From assembly GCA_903896505.1 (NCBI GenBank), contig CAITXU010000074.1, forward strand, positions 1,301 through 65,300: a DNA stretch of 64,000 nucleotides, in the 5' to 3' direction. The stretch is from an uncultured Verrucomicrobiota bacterium (lineage in GTDB: Bacteria > Verrucomicrobiota > Verrucomicrobiia > Limisphaerales > UBA9464). Below the pieces are notes generated by a model. It was not told where the DNA came from, ran no database searches, and worked only from the letters and a program-made list of their open reading frames with translations. Of the stretch, positions 54,812-64,000 are shown one piece after another. Positions within the stretch are counted from its first letter, which is position 1. Each line of letters begins with the position of its first letter. A program made the position numbers and the translations under genes.

Positions 54812-57331
54812 ATGCGCACCAGGTCATTTTCCCTTGCCGTCGCTCTCGCGTGGACGGTTGTTGGTGGGTTTTGGGCAACGGCGGACCGTACCCCGGATAC
54901 GGCGCTGCCTCCGAAGCCTCTATTGCCAGAAATCAAGAGTCTCATCCTGGAGCCATCCCAGCTTCGTCTGGATGATGCCCGGGACGCCCGCCGTGTTTTG
55001 GTATTGGGCCAGAGGTCAGATGGCGGAGTGGTTGACCTGACGGGAGAAGCCCAGTTCAAAGCCACTGGGCAGTCCCTGTCGATTGACGCCGAAGGATACA
55101 TCAGCGGCCTGCAGGCAGGAGATACGACCGTGTCCGTCACTGCGGACGGACAAACCGTCACCCTTCCTGTGCAGGTGATGGGGGGTGCCCTTCGTCCGGT
55201 GGGCTTTGTGCGGGACATCGAACCGCTGATGGGTCGTGTTGGCTGCAACCAAGGCACGTGCCACGGGTCGGCCAAGGGTAAAAACGGGTTCAAGCTTTCC
55301 CTGCGGGGTTACGATCCCGACTATGATTATCAAGCATTGGTCAATGACCTCAGTGGACGGCGCTTCAATCGGGTGAATGTCGACGACTCGTTGATGTTGC
55401 TCAAAGCGACGGCGGAGGTTCCGCACGAGGGGCGGCAGGCCATTCGACCGGGTTCCCGGTACCATGCGCTGCTCCGACAATGGATTGCCGAGGGGGCGAC
55501 TTCTGAGGACCCATCCGCACGCGCAACCAACATCACCATCCTGCCATCGAAGGTCGAAATCGATCTTCCCGGTCGTCAGCAGCAATTACTGGTGATCGCC
55601 AGTTATCGCGACGGGACGACTCGGGATGTGACCCGGGAAGCCATCCTTTCCTCCAACAACGACGAAATTGCCCAGGTTAGGAACGGCCTGGTCACGGCCA
55701 TGAGGCGCGGCGAGATGGCGGTGTTGGTTCGGTACGAAGGCATTTACGCGTCGCGGGAGGTCTCAATCATGGGGGATCGCACTGGATTTGAGTTCGCCGG
55801 GATGCCGGAGTACAACTTCATCGATCGGCATATCAACGCCAAGCTTCAGCGGATGAAGATCAATCCGTCGGAGGTTTGCACCGATGCGGAATTCATCCGG
55901 CGGGTGTCGTTGGACCTCACGGGCCAGCCGCCGACCTCTTCCGAAGTCCGGGCCTTTTTGGCTGAAACGGGAGAAAGTCGTGCCAAACGCGACCGACTGA
56001 TTGATCGGTTGATCGGTTCGCCTGCGTATTCGGATTTTTGGGCCAATAAATTTGCCGACCTTCTTCAGTGCAATTCTGAAAATCTCGGTCGGAAGGGTGT
56101 GGTCGTTTTCCGAAACTGGATTCGACAACAGCTGGCCGACAACCGTCCCTACGATCAGTTTGTTCGCGACCTGCTACTGGCCAAGGGGAGCACCTTCGAG
56201 AGTCCGGCGGGCAACTACCTCCGGGCGCTGCGCGACCCAGGTAAGATGACCGAGGATGTTTCACAGACCTTTCTCGGGGTTCGATTCAACTGCAACAAGT
56301 GCCACGATCATCCTTTTGAACGTTGGACTCAAACTCAGTATTACGAGTTTGGGGCTTATTTTGCCCAAGTGGCCTTCAAGCAGGGAACCTTGGGGCGCGA
56401 CCATCTGATTCGAGCGGGGGCAACCTATGCCGAAGATCAGGTCTCCGAGGCTGTCGTCTATCAAAACTATGATGGTGGCGAGATGCGGCATCCCAAGAAT
56501 GACAAGGTCATGGCGGCACGGCCTCCCTATGGTCAGGCCCGCGAAGTGGCGGCGGGTGAGGATCGCAGGGTGGCATTGGCGGAATGGCTGACCTCGAGGG
56601 GCAATCCCTATTTTGCCCGTTCCACCGCCAACCGTTTTTGGAGCTATTTCTTCGGACGGGGAATCATCGATCCGGTGGATGATATCCGGGCGGGAAATCC
56701 TCCCAGTAATCCCGAACTCCTGTCCGCTTTGACAGAGGAACTGGTCAAAAATGGTTTCGACCTCCAGCGGATGATGCGGTCCATTTGCCAGTCACGGACC
56801 TATCAACTGAGCATCGTTCCCAATCAATGGAACTCCGACGACCTGATCAATTTCTCCCATGCCTCACCTCGTAGGTTGAGTGCTGAGCAAATGCTGGATG
56901 CGGTTGCCGTTGCCACCGGCCACCGTCCGCAATTCAAAGACATGCCAGCGGGTCTTCGCGCAGTCGAGGCACCGGACGGAATGGTGGGCGGGAATGAGTT
57001 CCTGACCCTGTTTGGGCGCCCCAAACGCCAGAGCGCCTGCGAATGTGAACGGTCGAGCAATGTCACGCTGGCTCATGCCCTCAATCTGATCAATGGACCG
57101 ACGCTGGGCGACTGCGTGACCAGTTCTGATAACCATCTGGCACGGCTCATCGCTTCGGAACCCGACGATCGGAAAGTCATCGAGGAAGTCTACCTCAGTT
57201 GCCTCAGTCGTCCCCCCACGGAAAAAGAGTCGACCGGAATCAAACTCGGGGAGGGGGCCAAGCGACTCGAAGGTGCCCAGGACCTCGCCTGGGCGTTGCT
57301 CAACAGCCCCGCCTTTTTGTTCAACCGCTGA
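54812..57331 (+). CDS. Big_2 plus DUF1549 (PSCyt2) plus DUF1553 (PSD1) protein
   Basis: Signal peptide and a Big_2-like repeat. DUF1549 signature GCNQGTCHGSAKGKNGFKLSLRGYDP, and DUF1553 signature FGRPKRQSACECERSSNVTLAHALNLINGP. Confidence 0.85.
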   Translation: MRTRSFSLAVALAWTVVGGFWATADRTPDTALPPKPLLPEIKSLILEPSQLRLDDARDARRVLVLGQRSDGGVVDLTGEAQFKATGQSLSIDAEGYISGLQAGDTTVSVTADGQTVTLPVQVMGGALRPVGFVRDIEPLMGRVGCNQGTCHGSAKGKNGFKLSLRGYDPDYDYQALVNDLSGRRFNRVNVDDSLMLLKATAEVPHEGRQAIRPGSRYHALLRQWIAEGATSEDPSARATNITILPSKVEIDLPGRQQQLLVIASYRDGTTRDVTREAILSSNNDEIAQVRNGLVTAMRRGEMAVLVRYEGIYASREVSIMGDRTGFEFAGMPEYNFIDRHINAKLQRMKINPSEVCTDAEFIRRVSLDLTGQPPTSSEVRAFLAETGESRAKRDRLIDRLIGSPAYSDFWANKFADLLQCNSENLGRKGVVVFRNWIRQQLADNRPYDQFVRDLLLAKGSTFESPAGNYLRALRDPGKMTEDVSQTFLGVRFNCNKCHDHPFERWTQTQYYEFGAYFAQVAFKQGTLGRDHLIRAGATYAEDQVSEAVVYQNYDGGEMRHPKNDKVMAARPPYGQAREVAAGEDRRVALAEWLTSRGNPYFARSTANRFWSYFFGRGIIDPVDDIRAGNPPSNPELLSALTEELVKNGFDLQRMMRSICQSRTYQLSIVPNQWNSDDLINFSHASPRRLSAEQMLDAVAVATGHRPQFKDMPAGLRAVEAPDGMVGGNEFLTLFGRPKRQSACECERSSNVTLAHALNLINGPTLGDCVTSSDNHLARLIASEPDDRKVIEEVYLSCLSRPPTEKESTGIKLGEGAKRLEGAQDLAWALLNSPAFLFNR

Positions 57332-57343
57332 TCACTTCACTTT

Positions 57344-58798
57344 ATGATTTCCATTCCCGGTGAATATGGTGCCACCTGCGACGGCGTGAGTCGCCGTGAA
57401 TTCCTCCGCCTGGGTGGGGCGGGCATTGTGGGCGTGACCTTGTCCGATATCCTGCGACTGCAGGCGGCCCAGTCCCCGGACGTCGGCCCTGCCGCGTCGG
57501 CACCCAAAAATGGATGGGGTCGTGCGAAGTCGGTGATCATTCTTTACCTGCAAGGGGGTCCGAGCCACATCGATATTTGGGACCCCAAACCGGATGCTCC
57601 GTCCAATGTTCGAGGGGACTTCAAGCCCATTCGCTCGAACGTGCCCGGATTGTTCCTCAGCGAGGTCATGCCGAAGCTGGCCCAGCAGATGGACAAGGCC
57701 ACGCTCATTCGTTCGATGAGCTATACGCCGGTGGGGTTGTTCAACCACACCGCGGCGATCTATCAGATCATGACCGGCTATACGCCCGATCGGGTGTCGC
57801 CTTCGGGACAATTGGAGCCTCCGGCCCCCAATGATTTCCCGCACTTCGGCTCGCAAATCAGCCGTTTGCGTCCCCCCGAGGTGCCCATGCTCCCGTTTGT
57901 CATGCTGCCCCGGGCATTGCAGGAATCCAATGTGATTGGGAAAGGTGGTACGGCCGGGTTCCTGGGAGCCGCCTATGACCCCTATTATTTTTACCAGGAC
58001 CCGGCCAAAGAAATTAACCTGGCGGACCTGACCCTGCGCCAGGAGGTTTCCCGCGAGCGGTTGGAGCACCGGGCCTCCCTGCTTAAAACGGTGAATGATG
58101 CCATGCCCGACATGGAGAAGGCGGTCGGCAAGTACGCTCTCGACAGCTATTATCACAAGGCTTTCGACCTGGTAAGCAGCGGACGGGCGCGGGATGCCTT
58201 TGACTTGAACAAGGAGACATCTGCTCTGCGTGACCGGTATGGACGTCACACCTTTGGACAGGGCTGTCTCTTGGCCCGGCGACTGATTGAGGCGGGAACC
58301 CGGGTCGTCCAGATGAACTGGCCCGCAGTTTCCAACGGGGACCCGACGGTGGATGCCTGGGATACCCATGCGGCGAATTTTGGTCCGCTGCGAAACCTCC
58401 ATTGTCCCAAACTGGATTCCGGACTGTCTGCGCTCATCGAGGACATGGATCAGCGGGGGTTGCTCAAGGAGACCCTGGTGGTCGCTTTGGGCGAATTTGG
58501 ACGCAGTCCGCGCCTGGGTGTGAGCACCAGTGGCAATACCAATTCGCCAGATGGACGCGACCATTGGCCGTATTGTTACACTGCGTTCATCGCCGGTGCC
58601 GGTGTCGGTCGGGGTGGCATTTATGGTAAATCCGATGCCACCGGATCATCGCCCTCCGAGAATCCGGTGCATCCGACCCAGATCGTCGCCACGATATATC
58701 ACGCCCTGGGCATCGATCCCCATACCATGGTTCTGAACCACCTGAATCAGCCGAGGGAGTTGGTCCAAGCCGAACCGGTCTTGGGGCTGTTCAGCTAG
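57344..58798 (+). CDS. DUF1501 (sulfatase/phosphatase-fold) protein with Tat signal
   Basis: Twin-arginine signal [15 protein letters not shown], then [18 protein letters not shown] and GEFGRSP...GRDHW motifs. Confidence 0.85.
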   Translation: MISIPGEYGATCDGVSRREFLRLGGAGIVGVTLSDILRLQAAQSPDVGPAASAPKNGWGRAKSVIILYLQGGPSHIDIWDPKPDAPSNVRGDFKPIRSNVPGLFLSEVMPKLAQQMDKATLIRSMSYTPVGLFNHTAAIYQIMTGYTPDRVSPSGQLEPPAPNDFPHFGSQISRLRPPEVPMLPFVMLPRALQESNVIGKGGTAGFLGAAYDPYYFYQDPAKEINLADLTLRQEVSRERLEHRASLLKTVNDAMPDMEKAVGKYALDSYYHKAFDLVSSGRARDAFDLNKETSALRDRYGRHTFGQGCLLARRLIEAGTRVVQMNWPAVSNGDPTVDAWDTHAANFGPLRNLHCPKLDSGLSALIEDMDQRGLLKETLVVALGEFGRSPRLGVSTSGNTNSPDGRDHWPYCYTAFIAGAGVGRGGIYGKSDATGSSPSENPVHPTQIVATIYHALGIDPHTMVLNHLNQPRELVQAEPVLGLFS

Positions 58799-58862
58799 GT
58801 CATAGAAGTTGTAGTGGACGCGCGGATTTAGCCACTAGATCGGGAGGAGACAGGTTTTTAAG

Positions 58863-61292
58863 ATGATGGCATTACAGAATCGTGCTCGGAGGCTCGTCGC
58901 GACCGTGGGATGGATGCTGACGGGACTCCACGTGGCCATGGGGCAGGCGGTGCCCAAGCTGGACTCAGTATCCCAGACCTGGCTCCAGCGTGGCACCACG
59001 AATGAGATTGTGCTCAACGGGGAGGCGCTGGCATTGGCGGGGGAAGTCTATTTTTCTGGAATGGGGCTTTCAGGCGGAGTCGTGGCCAAGCCTCCGGGAA
59101 AAGTCACCCTGGAAGGGGCTGCTGGAGGATTGAAGGTGACCCCTGTGGAACCGGGCAAGAGCGCCACCATGCGGTTGGTCATCGCCGCCGATGCCCCGCT
59201 CGGAAGTCGCGAAATTCGTCTGGCCGGGCCCAGTGGAGTTTCAAATCCTCTCACGATACAAATCAGCGACCTGCCCGAGTGGACCGAACGGACACCGGAT
59301 GGTGCACTGGCGGAAGCTCCCACCTACGAACTTCCGGGCGCCATTTCCGGGGTCATCAACTCGGCAGCCGAGTCGGATTTTCTTCGCTTCAAACTTCACG
59401 CCGGGCAGCGGGTCATTTTTGACGTCCAGGCCAATCGCACCGGTTCTCCGCTCGACCCGACGCTGTATCTCCTCGACTCCAGCGGCAAGGAACTGGCCCG
59501 TAGCGAGGATGTTCACGGCCTTGACCCCTTTCTTGAATTCACTCCGCCTTCGGATGGCGATTACATCGTCAAACTGACCGATACCCGATTTCAGGGCGGA
59601 AGTGATTACCGCTATCGTCTGGTAGCCGGGGTGCGTCCCTACCTGGAGTTTCAATTTCCGTTTGGCGGACGTCGTGGAACATCGGCAGAACTTCAGTTTC
59701 AGGGTCATAACTTGGAAGGAGCGGATCGCTTGAAGTTGCAGGTGGCCTCCGATGCGCCACTGGGACGGCAGGATATCCGGGCGCATACAGCGGACGGCAT
59801 TTCAAACCCGTTGCCATTCGAGGTCGGTGACCTGCCGGAATATTTTGAGGCAGAGCCCAACAATTTGAAGGATCAGGCGAATGCTGTTGATGCGCCCGCG
59901 GCGATCAACGGTCGCATCGGAACTGCGGCCGACGTGGATGTGTTTCGCGTGAAATCGAACGCCGATCAAAGGCTGGTGGCGGAGGTCGAGGCGCGTCCGT
60001 TTGGATCGCCTCTCGATGCCTTCCTGACGCTGAGTGACGCCTCGGGGAATGTGATCGCACGAAATGATGACGCGAATGGCATGGATGCCCGCATTGAATT
60101 TGATGCGAAGAAGGACACCGAATACCTGCTGAGCCTCCGGGATTTGACGGACCGAGGCGGAGAGCGATTCGGCTATCGGCTCATCATGCGTTCGCCGGAT
60201 GTTCGGCCTGATTTTGGCGTGCGAACTTCCGGTGGACGTTTCCGGTTGCGTCGTGGCGGAACCACGGCTCTCCGGTGCGATGTCGAACGTCGCAATGGAT
60301 TCGACGGAGCGGTCCGGATCACTGGCGAAGGACTGCCTGCGGGTGTGACCGCCTCGTTCCTCACCATCGGTGCCAGCCCCAACTTTGGCTGGATATGGCT
60401 GACCGCTTCCAGCGATGCGCCCGCCGGCAATTTCCCGTTGCGATTGACAGCGACCGGGGAGGTGGGAGGCAAGGCGTTCGTTCGCCCTGTGCAGCTACCG
60501 GAGTCTGGTTGGCTGACCATCCTGCCTCAGTCGATGTTCGCGCTCCATGTGGGAACACCCGCGGTTCTCATCGAACAAAACGGCAATGCATCCGTGGATG
60601 TCAGCGTAACCCGCGCCGATGGATTCAATGGGGAGGTCAAGGTGCGGAGCGAAGGCGTTGACGGATTGGATGTTCCGGAGGTGGTGATCCCGCCGGGACA
60701 ATCCCGATCAAAATTGAATTTGCACGCCGCTTACACAGCCCCGCTGGGCGTTCATCCGATGGTGGTCCGGGGCGAGGCCATGATTGACGGCAATTCGGTC
60801 GTGGAATATGCGCCCGTGCAGGTACCGGTGACGACCCAGGGGATTGCGATGTTTTTGACCGCCATGCTGCCAGGCTCGCCCTTTTTCCGGACCGATGACG
60901 TCAAGCTTTCGGCAGTGGCGTTGCCCACCAATTCGACGTCGGCCGCCAATTCCACCGAGTTTGTGGTCAAGGTGGACCGACGCGGGCTCACCGGTGAAAT
61001 CACCCTGGCCCTGGAAGACCTTCCCAAGGGGGTTGTGGCTGCTGTCTTGCCCATCGCTGCCAACGCCCGGGAAGCCACCGTTAAGCTGCTGGTGACGGAC
61101 CAGGCTGAAACGGGAAAGGAATTGCAGTTCCGGATCGTCGGCTCGGCAACCCATGACGACCGCATCTGGCGTCAGAAAACGCAAAACATTCATCTGTTTG
61201 TCGCTGCTCCTGAAAAGGAATCCAGCCCAACTCCCGCTGCAGCTCCACAAGCGGCTGCACCAACCAACTCAACACCTGTTGTCGCGAAATGA
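58863..61292 (+). CDS. secreted protein with two pre-peptidase C-terminal (PPC) domains and Ig-like repeats
   Basis: Signal peptide. Two PPC-like units (AESDFLRFKLHAGQRVIFDV...DPTLYLLDSSGKELARSED...GDYIVKLTD and AADVDVFRVKSNADQRLVAEV...DAFLTLSDASGNVIARNDD...EYLLSLRD). Confidence 0.7.
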   Translation: MMALQNRARRLVATVGWMLTGLHVAMGQAVPKLDSVSQTWLQRGTTNEIVLNGEALALAGEVYFSGMGLSGGVVAKPPGKVTLEGAAGGLKVTPVEPGKSATMRLVIAADAPLGSREIRLAGPSGVSNPLTIQISDLPEWTERTPDGALAEAPTYELPGAISGVINSAAESDFLRFKLHAGQRVIFDVQANRTGSPLDPTLYLLDSSGKELARSEDVHGLDPFLEFTPPSDGDYIVKLTDTRFQGGSDYRYRLVAGVRPYLEFQFPFGGRRGTSAELQFQGHNLEGADRLKLQVASDAPLGRQDIRAHTADGISNPLPFEVGDLPEYFEAEPNNLKDQANAVDAPAAINGRIGTAADVDVFRVKSNADQRLVAEVEARPFGSPLDAFLTLSDASGNVIARNDDANGMDARIEFDAKKDTEYLLSLRDLTDRGGERFGYRLIMRSPDVRPDFGVRTSGGRFRLRRGGTTALRCDVERRNGFDGAVRITGEGLPAGVTASFLTIGASPNFGWIWLTASSDAPAGNFPLRLTATGEVGGKAFVRPVQLPESGWLTILPQSMFALHVGTPAVLIEQNGNASVDVSVTRADGFNGEVKVRSEGVDGLDVPEVVIPPGQSRSKLNLHAAYTAPLGVHPMVVRGEAMIDGNSVVEYAPVQVPVTTQGIAMFLTAMLPGSPFFRTDDVKLSAVALPTNSTSAANSTEFVVKVDRRGLTGEITLALEDLPKGVVAAVLPIAANAREATVKLLVTDQAETGKELQFRIVGSATHDDRIWRQKTQNIHLFVAAPEKESSPTPAAAPQAAAPTNSTPVVAK

Positions 61293-62662
61293 GCCGCCTT
61301 CTGCATCGTCCACTGATTGCCCTCGTCGTCTCCGGGTTGTTGGGGATCAACCTGATTGCCGACGAAGCACCGGTTTCGTGGTTCAAAGAGGTCAACCCCA
61401 TTTTCAAGCGGTCGTGCAATGGGTGTCACAACCCCAACAAGCTCAAAGGTGAGGTGGACACGTCGACTTTTGCTGGCCTGTTGAAGCCTGGTAAGCACGG
61501 TCCCAATTTTATTGCGGGACAGCCCGACAAGTCGCTGTTGTTTCAGCAAGTTAGCGGTAAGGAACCAGAGATGCCCAAGGAAGGCGACGCTCTCACTGCC
61601 GGAGAAGCCGCCTTGATTGCTCGGTGGATTCAGGAAGGTGCCCATGATGACACCCCGACCAACGCCTACTCCACCCGGGTGACGGAGCTCCCTGTGTATG
61701 CCACCCCGCCGGTCATATCGGCAATGGCCTTTTCCCCCGACGGGAGGTACCTGGCGATCTCCGGCTATCATGAGGTCTTTCTATTGGACGCCACCAACCT
61801 GGTGTTGGTTTCCCGTCTATTGGGAGAGGCACCCCGGATCGAGTCCGTCGCTTTTTCACCCGACTCCAAGTCGCTGGCGGTGAGTGCCGGGGCACCAGCC
61901 CGGTTTGGCGAAATCCAGGTTTGGGACGTCGCTTCCGGCAAGGAATCTCAGGCCTGGAAAATGGGGGGAGACTCTCTGTTTGGGGTTTCATGGTCACCCG
62001 ATGGATCACGATTGGCATTTGGTGGTGTGGACAAGAGCGTCCGGGTGTTGCGCGTGGCAGACGGTCACGAAATGCTCAAGTTCGATAACCATGGCGACTG
62101 GGTGTTTCGCACCGCCTGGGTGGCGGGAGGAAATCGACTGTTGAGCGCCAGCCGCGATCGTGCGATCAAACTCATCGATGTCACGTCCGGTCAATTCATT
62201 GACGACATCAACAAACTGCTCGAACCCGTCCTTTCGATGGCGAGGCATCCGAAGGAGGAATGGGCGGCCTATGGAGGAGCGGAAGGGGGATTAAGGATTT
62301 ACAAGGCCAAGGAAAATCAGGAACGGACCGATGCCAACAACGATGTGAATCAAGTCCGCCAATTTGAGCGCCAGCCTGGTGCTGTTCATACGGTTGCCTT
62401 TTCGCCAGATGGCAGCCTTCTGGCTGCGGGCGGTGCGAGTGCCGAGGTGCCGGTGTACAAGACATCCGATGGTTCACGGGTGGCCACGTTGAAAGGTCAC
62501 GGTGGGGCGGTGTTTGCGGTGGCCTTTTCGCCTTCAGGGGATCGGATTCTGACGGGCGGATTTGATGGTCTGGTCCGGGTCTACGATCCGTCCAACGGCC
62601 GTCTGACGGCCATCTTCACTCCCATCCGACTCGATCCAACGGCAGGCGTTGTAGGAAAATAG
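61289..62662 (+). CDS. Planctomycete cytochrome c (PSCyt1, CXXCH) domain fused to a WD40 beta-propeller
   Basis: ATGA overlap with the upstream gene. Motifs FKRSCNGCHNPNKLKG and LIARWIQEGA, then WD repeats (AFSPDGRYLAISG, AFSPDSKSLAVSA, SWSPDGSRLAFGG, AFSPDGSLLAAGG, AFSPSGDRILTGG). Confidence 0.82.
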   Translation: MSRLLHRPLIALVVSGLLGINLIADEAPVSWFKEVNPIFKRSCNGCHNPNKLKGEVDTSTFAGLLKPGKHGPNFIAGQPDKSLLFQQVSGKEPEMPKEGDALTAGEAALIARWIQEGAHDDTPTNAYSTRVTELPVYATPPVISAMAFSPDGRYLAISGYHEVFLLDATNLVLVSRLLGEAPRIESVAFSPDSKSLAVSAGAPARFGEIQVWDVASGKESQAWKMGGDSLFGVSWSPDGSRLAFGGVDKSVRVLRVADGHEMLKFDNHGDWVFRTAWVAGGNRLLSASRDRAIKLIDVTSGQFIDDINKLLEPVLSMARHPKEEWAAYGGAEGGLRIYKAKENQERTDANNDVNQVRQFERQPGAVHTVAFSPDGSLLAAGGASAEVPVYKTSDGSRVATLKGHGGAVFAVAFSPSGDRILTGGFDGLVRVYDPSNGRLTAIFTPIRLDPTAGVVGK

Positions 62663-62755
62663 CCTGAAAATCGGTCGTCATCTCTTCTCGGCTTCGTCCG
62701 TTGGTGTGAGAAATCCATTTGGATTTTCAATGACTCGGAAATGTCGGAAGCAATT

Positions 62756-62910
62756 AGGCTCTCGCGAAGCCGCGAAGGCGCGAAGAAAAAAGTGAAAAGG
62801 ATGCTTGTGAATGGGTCGGGTGCTCAAAAGCCGCATCCTCCTGAATTTAGGTCCTTCGCTTCTTTCTTGTCTTCCTTCGCGTCTTCGCGTCTTCGCGTGA
62901 AAAATCATGG
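62756..62910. repeat. hairpin-forming ~155-bp repeat, copy R1 (3' of the GxxExxY gene)
   Basis: aggctctcgcgaagccgcgaaggcgcgaag...cttcgcgtcttcgcgtcttcgcgtgaaaaatcatgg. The terminal arms are mutually complementary. It is a direct repeat of 63484-63632. Confidence 0.8.
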
Positions 62911-62951
62911 TGGTCAGCCGCTCTCAATTGCTTTGTGTATTTGGCAGAACC

Positions 62952-63410
62952 TTAACGAGTTTCGTTGATGCGAAGACGCGAACCCGCAAGGTTGTGGTGA
63001 TTGTTCACGACTCGTTTGATGCCTTCCTTGAAGGTGGCAGTCCCGAAATTGATGAGAAGTCCCAGTGGCATTTTTAATAGCCGGAGGTAGGTGAGGACCT
63101 GTTTGTAGTGGACGGGGGCAAGTGTCTCTGTGGACTTGAGTTCGACCAGCAACAGTCGATTGACAATAAGATCGGCCCGAAATCCTTCGTCGAAGTTCAA
63201 ATTCATGACCTGGATCGGAACCGGTACCTGTCGTTCCACCTGAAGGCCATGGTCTTCCAACATCTTTGCCAAAATAACCTCATAAACACTTTCGAGCAGT
63301 CCAGGCCCGATTCCGGTATGGAGCTTGTAGGAACAGTCCACAACGAGGGCGGACAATTCTTCGAAGTTATTTCCTGCGGTATTCCTTTCATTCGAAGCAT
63401 TCTCTTTCAT
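62952..63410 (-). CDS. GxxExxY family protein (PD-(D/E)XK nuclease-like fold)
   Basis: ATG at 63410: MKENASNERN...VVDCSYKLHTGIGPGLLESVYEVIL (GxxExxY motif)...FRADLIVNRLLLVELKS...LTYLRLLKMPLGLLINF. The track extension to 63551 runs into repeat R2 and is probably spurious. Confidence 0.8.
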   Translation of the reverse strand: MKENASNERNTAGNNFEELSALVVDCSYKLHTGIGPGLLESVYEVILAKMLEDHGLQVERQVPVPIQVMNLNFDEGFRADLIVNRLLLVELKSTETLAPVHYKQVLTYLRLLKMPLGLLINFGTATFKEGIKRVVNNHHNLAGSRLRINETR

Positions 63411-63483
63411 TGAATATATCTGTGCGGGAATTTCACCGTCCTGGCGACAAAAACCGTGAGCTTCAAAATTGGCTGAGGTGGTC

Positions 63484-63632
63484 AGGCTCACGCGAAGGCG
63501 CGAAGGGAAGAGAAAAAAGGGATACTTGTGAGCGGGTGAGGCGTGACTCAAAGCCGTCTCCGATTGTGCTATGGTCCCTTTTTGCTTCTTGTCTTCCTTC
63601 GTGTCTTCGCGGCTTCGCGTGAGAAATCATGG
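63484..63632. repeat. hairpin-forming ~150-bp repeat, copy R2 (5' of the GxxExxY gene)
   Basis: aggctcacgcgaaggcgcgaagg...ccttcgtgtcttcgcggcttcgcgtgagaaatcatgg. Same orientation as R1, with roughly three quarters of positions identical by eye. Confidence 0.8.
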
Positions 63633-63674
63633 TTTATCGGGAGCTGGAATAGCGAAAGGGAGCTTCGCTTTGAA

Positions 63675-64000
63675 ATGGCTGTTGCCTGCACGTCCGCATA
63701 TGGTTTTGGGGTGGCTCTGACACGACGCGTGGCGTGGTGGGTTCCCAGTCTCTTTCTGATGGCCGTCGTCATCGGTTTTGTCTTGGGATTGCTTCTGACC
63801 GGCCCCTCCGGCGAAAATCGAACGGATCGGATTGTCGCCATGAGTTGGGGAGAAGGGCGATACGGTCCCGCATTCTATGGAGCCCAAGTGTACCTGAGTC
63901 CGGAATCGGGCGGGTATCGGGTGAAGGCCAGAGTTCATTTGGGTCGAGGGAATGGCTCTTTCTTCGACTGCGGTGAATTGGGAATTGCGAGCTCGGAGTC
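63675..64000 (+). CDS. hypothetical membrane-anchored protein, N-terminal 108 codons (continues beyond the window)
   Basis: My translation from ATG 63675 stays open to the window end: MAVACTSAYGFGVALTRRVAWWVPSLFLMAVVIGFVLGLLLTGPSGENRTDRIVAMSWGEGRYGPAFYGAQVYLSPESGGYRV... It is not in the ORF track because there is no stop. Confidence 0.45.
   Translation, partial: MAVACTSAYGFGVALTRRVAWWVPSLFLMAVVIGFVLGLLLTGPSGENRTDRIVAMSWGEGRYGPAFYGAQVYLSPESGGYRVKARVHLGRGNGSFFDCGELGIASSE

Overview
This is a 64-kb chromosomal window from a GC-rich bacterium. The gene content points to the PVC superphylum (Verrucomicrobiota or Planctomycetota): a DUF1549/DUF1553 plus DUF1501 module, Planctomycete-type cytochrome c domains, a PEP-CTERM protein, giant Hanks-type Ser/Thr kinases with TPR or WD40 tails, and an ECF sigma paired with a kinase. 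I could run no similarity search, so every family call rests on motifs I read in the translated ORFs and recalled family signatures.

Housekeeping genes: speA (partial), tRNA-Leu(UAG), miaB, lysC, kpsF, galK, def, cobA-hemD, glnS, hrpA and an Rrf2-iscU-nifS-like operon.

Accessory modules:
- An 8-gene TonB-receptor-linked locus with two NMT1/THI5-like binding proteins, a COG0402 deaminase, DUF2165, RidA, a formamidase and a cytochrome c fusion.
- An RND efflux triad.
- Two sigma factor/Ser-Thr kinase modules.
- A permease-less ABC pair behind a DUF5009 membrane protein.
- A four-gene DUF1549/1553-DUF1501-PPC-PSCyt/WD40 module.
- A GxxExxY cassette flanked by hairpin repeats.

I saw no rRNA, CRISPR array, transposase, integrase, phage gene or recognisable defence system.

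Observations most worth follow-up:
1. The NifS/IscS-like protein of the minimal isc operon has Arg in place of the PLP Schiff-base Lys.
2. The TonB-receptor-linked deamination/deamidation locus has no inner-membrane transporter.
3. The sigma70-like / unknown protein / zinc-ribbon-kinase-WD40 operon ends in an unassigned 232-aa C-terminal domain.
4. A palindromic repeat family has an asymmetric core that occurs in both orientations relative to its conserved flank.
5. A PEP-CTERM gene is split by one in-frame TAG.

Many long ORFs in the track are antisense artefacts of high GC content, and I did not call them.
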